Shown: positions 30,369 through 32,000 of the stretch, piece after piece | Numbering within the stretch: position 1 is the stretch's first letter | How the letters are laid out: each line of letters opens with the position of its first letter | Source: a virus | Virus record (IMG/VR): IMGVR_UViG_3300045988_011936 | Span: 1 to 32,000 of that record | Length of the DNA stretch: 32,000 nucleotides | Direction: 5' to 3' (one strand) | Position numbers and translations under genes: made by a program | Notes under the pieces: model-generated | Seen by the model: the letters and a program-made list of their open reading frames with translations, nothing else | The model's database searches: none | What the model was told of the DNA's origin: nothing

Positions 30369-32000
30369 TTATTCTTCCTCACCCTCGTTGTATTTTTTAA
30401 AGCTCAATGTAAAACCTGCGATACCAACAGCGATAACTGCTAGACCAAGAGTTGACATGATACCCTCTTTTTCACCAGTATGTGGTAGAGTACCACCGTA
30501 AACGGCTGTTTTAGGTGTCTCTTTGCTCACTGGTGCGAGGTTATAAGATACTGTGGCAGATTGTGCCATTTCGCCATTGGAACGCTCTGCGCTCGTTTTA
30601 GAGGCTTTTTCTGGCGTGCTAGGTTTTTCTGGTGTTGGCTTAGTTGGTTCCTCTGGAATTTCAAGCTCTGGCAAGTCCAAGATAGGGGCATCGTTTGGCA
30701 CCACACCACCTTCAAACGGTGGGAGCTCACGAACTTCTGGAATACCCGGAATGCCACCTTGGAATTCTGGCTTGTCATGCACTGGTGCTTCATTTGGCAC
30801 TGTTCCGATAGGCTCTGTATACTCTGGCAATTCTCGCACCTCTGGAATACCGGGGATGCCGCCCTCAAATTCTGGAATGTCAACTTTAGGGGAGTCGTGT
30901 GGAATTTCAAACGTTGGCTCTGGCTTATTTTCACCAGACGCATCTCCACGTCCGCCTACAAGCTGAATTTTCATATATGAAACAGCACCGTCTGATTCAG
31001 CTTTCAGTTCAATCTTGTTAGTAGGATTAGTTGAGTCCTTAACAGCATTTACAAGTTTAGTCTTATAGTTTACATAGATCATGTGATCCAAGCGATCCAT
31101 TTTGATAGTGAAGCCATGATCAGATTTACTGATAGACTTAACTAAGTCCATAGCATCACCTTTATCAATCCAAGGATCAACACTTTCAATATTCTTTACT
31201 TCAAAGAAGTTATCAACAAGTTTTTGGTTCTCAGACATTTCATCAATGATAGTCACATAGTTTAGAACACGTTTTGCATAGTTTACACGAGCTGTCCAAT
31301 TGATTACTGTAGGATCATCTTTGTCTTGCGAACCCCACTTTGCAATCAATTCATCTTTGCCAATTACTTGTTCACTACCAATGTTAGTTGTTACCAAAGT
31401 ACCATTAAAATTGGCTGTTACAGGCTTGCCTGAAACTACTTTGTCAGTCCAACTTGCATCAAGTTTGAGACTCATGCTCTTATTTAGAGGGTGAGTTTTG
31501 AAATAGTCATTGAATACAGTTGTCACTTTGTTAGTAGTGGCATCTGCTGTAGCTTTACCAACAACTGCTTTTTCTGGGTTATGTACGTCAAACTCATAAG
31601 ATGTTTGGAATTTCACTTCTTCAGGCAAGTCGAAAGTAACCTTGTCGCCTTCATTTACTGGGATATCGTCTGGGATATTGATATCCTTATACTCGACTTT
31701 GAACGGGCTATATTTGCCATTGCCATTAGGGAAGTCTACTTGTACGTTAGGATTCTCAACGTTGATAGTGTCGCCTGCTTTGGTAACGCTAGTAGGTGCC
31801 GCTGGGGTTTCAGCTACTGGTTGAGCTACTTCTGTAGTTGTTGCTGGTGTTTCTGCAATCGGTTGAGATTCTACTGGTGCTGGCGCCAACACTTTTGGTG
31901 TTTCTGCCACTGTTTCGCTAGGTGTCACCGTAATATTCCCAGCGTTGTCTGCGGTATAGACATTAGACACCGCTGGTTGTGCATCAGCTACCGGTTGAGC
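30369..32000 (-). CDS. LPXTG-anchored surface adhesin, partial (N-terminus beyond the window)
   Basis: The frame is open to position 32000. It encodes Pro/Ala/Thr-rich repeats (AQPVAETPAAP) and an MSCRAMM-like Ig-fold region (VTTVFNDYF, INWTARVNY). PEFxGG proline-rich repeats follow, then the sorting signal LPHTGE plus a TM segment and a KK tail. Confidence 0.85.
   Translation of the reverse strand, partial: AQPVADAQPAVSNVYTADNAGNITVTPSETVAETPKVLAPAPVESQPIAETPATTTEVAQPVAETPAAPTSVTKAGDTINVENPNVQVDFPNGNGKYSPFKVEYKDINIPDDIPVNEGDKVTFDLPEEVKFQTSYEFDVHNPEKAVVGKATADATTNKVTTVFNDYFKTHPLNKSMSLKLDASWTDKVVSGKPVTANFNGTLVTTNIGSEQVIGKDELIAKWGSQDKDDPTVINWTARVNYAKRVLNYVTIIDEMSENQKLVDNFFEVKNIESVDPWIDKGDAMDLVKSISKSDHGFTIKMDRLDHMIYVNYKTKLVNAVKDSTNPTNKIELKAESDGAVSYMKIQLVGGRGDASGENKPEPTFEIPHDSPKVDIPEFEGGIPGIPEVRELPEYTEPIGTVPNEAPVHDKPEFQGGIPGIPEVRELPPFEGGVVPNDAPILDLPELEIPEEPTKPTPEKPSTPEKASKTSAERSNGEMAQSATVSYNLAPVSKETPKTAVYGGTLPHTGEKEGIMSTLGLAVIAVGIAGFTLSFKKYNEGEEE
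30722..30878 (-). repeat. Two copies of a 36-aa PEF(E/Q)GGIPGIPEVRELP wall-spanning repeat
   Basis: Amino-acid blocks identical over 13 residues are encoded at about 30722-30770 and about 30829-30878, with several synonymous differences. Confidence 0.6.

Larger units (their letters stand above)
230..32000 (-). mobile_element. Temperate siphovirus-like prophage: early, late, lysis and accessory modules. The lysogeny end is not in the window
   Basis: Uninterrupted co-oriented phage modules from recombination genes through TerS/TerL, portal, capsid, tail and TMP to holin and lysin. The element ends next to a split host gene (comGC). Confidence 0.88.

Noticed and set aside
30940-30960. An RGD tripeptide (GGRGDASG) in the LPXTG protein, considered as an integrin-binding motif.
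   Set aside because: A tripeptide is expected by chance in a protein this size, and nothing in its context supports a function.
1-32000. CRISPR arrays, rRNA genes, IS elements and the integrase/attL end.
   Set aside because: No regularly spaced direct repeats, no rRNA-like sequence, and no transposase- or integrase-like ORF. The lysogeny end of the prophage must lie outside the window.

Overview
Nearly the whole window (about 230-32000) is one temperate siphovirus-type prophage with Streptococcus-like gene content. Every convincing gene is on the minus strand, so transcription runs from high to low coordinates.

Gene order, from high to low coordinates:
- A partial LPXTG surface-adhesin gene that runs off the right edge, followed by small early genes.
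- A recombination module: Erf-type annealase, DUF1351-like protein, SSB, RusA.
- Small early genes, including a lipoprotein, DUF1642-like, MazG-like and YopX proteins.
- A 385-bp ORF-free, repeat-dense region, then an ArpU-type late regulator.
- A ParB-domain/DNA methyltransferase fusion, then TerS and TerL.
- Head genes: portal, SPP1 gp7-like head protein, scaffold, HK97-fold capsid, head-tail connectors.
- Tail genes: major tail protein, chaperone pair with a probable -1 frameshift, 1003-aa tape measure, Dit, and a 1654-aa Tal/fibre.
- Lysis genes: two holins and an Amidase_5/SH3b endolysin.

Downstream of the lysin (384-1394) lies a compact accessory island made of stacked promoter/terminator mini-units. 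It includes a two-gene cassette of unknown function driven by a perfect consensus promoter. The prophage end abuts a 5'-truncated comGC/comYC competence pilin gene (1-229), so the phage appears to be inserted in comGC.

No integrase, repressor or replication initiator is visible. They are presumably beyond the right edge. No rRNA, complete tRNA or CRISPR array was seen.

All family assignments come from motif recognition by eye. No database search was run.
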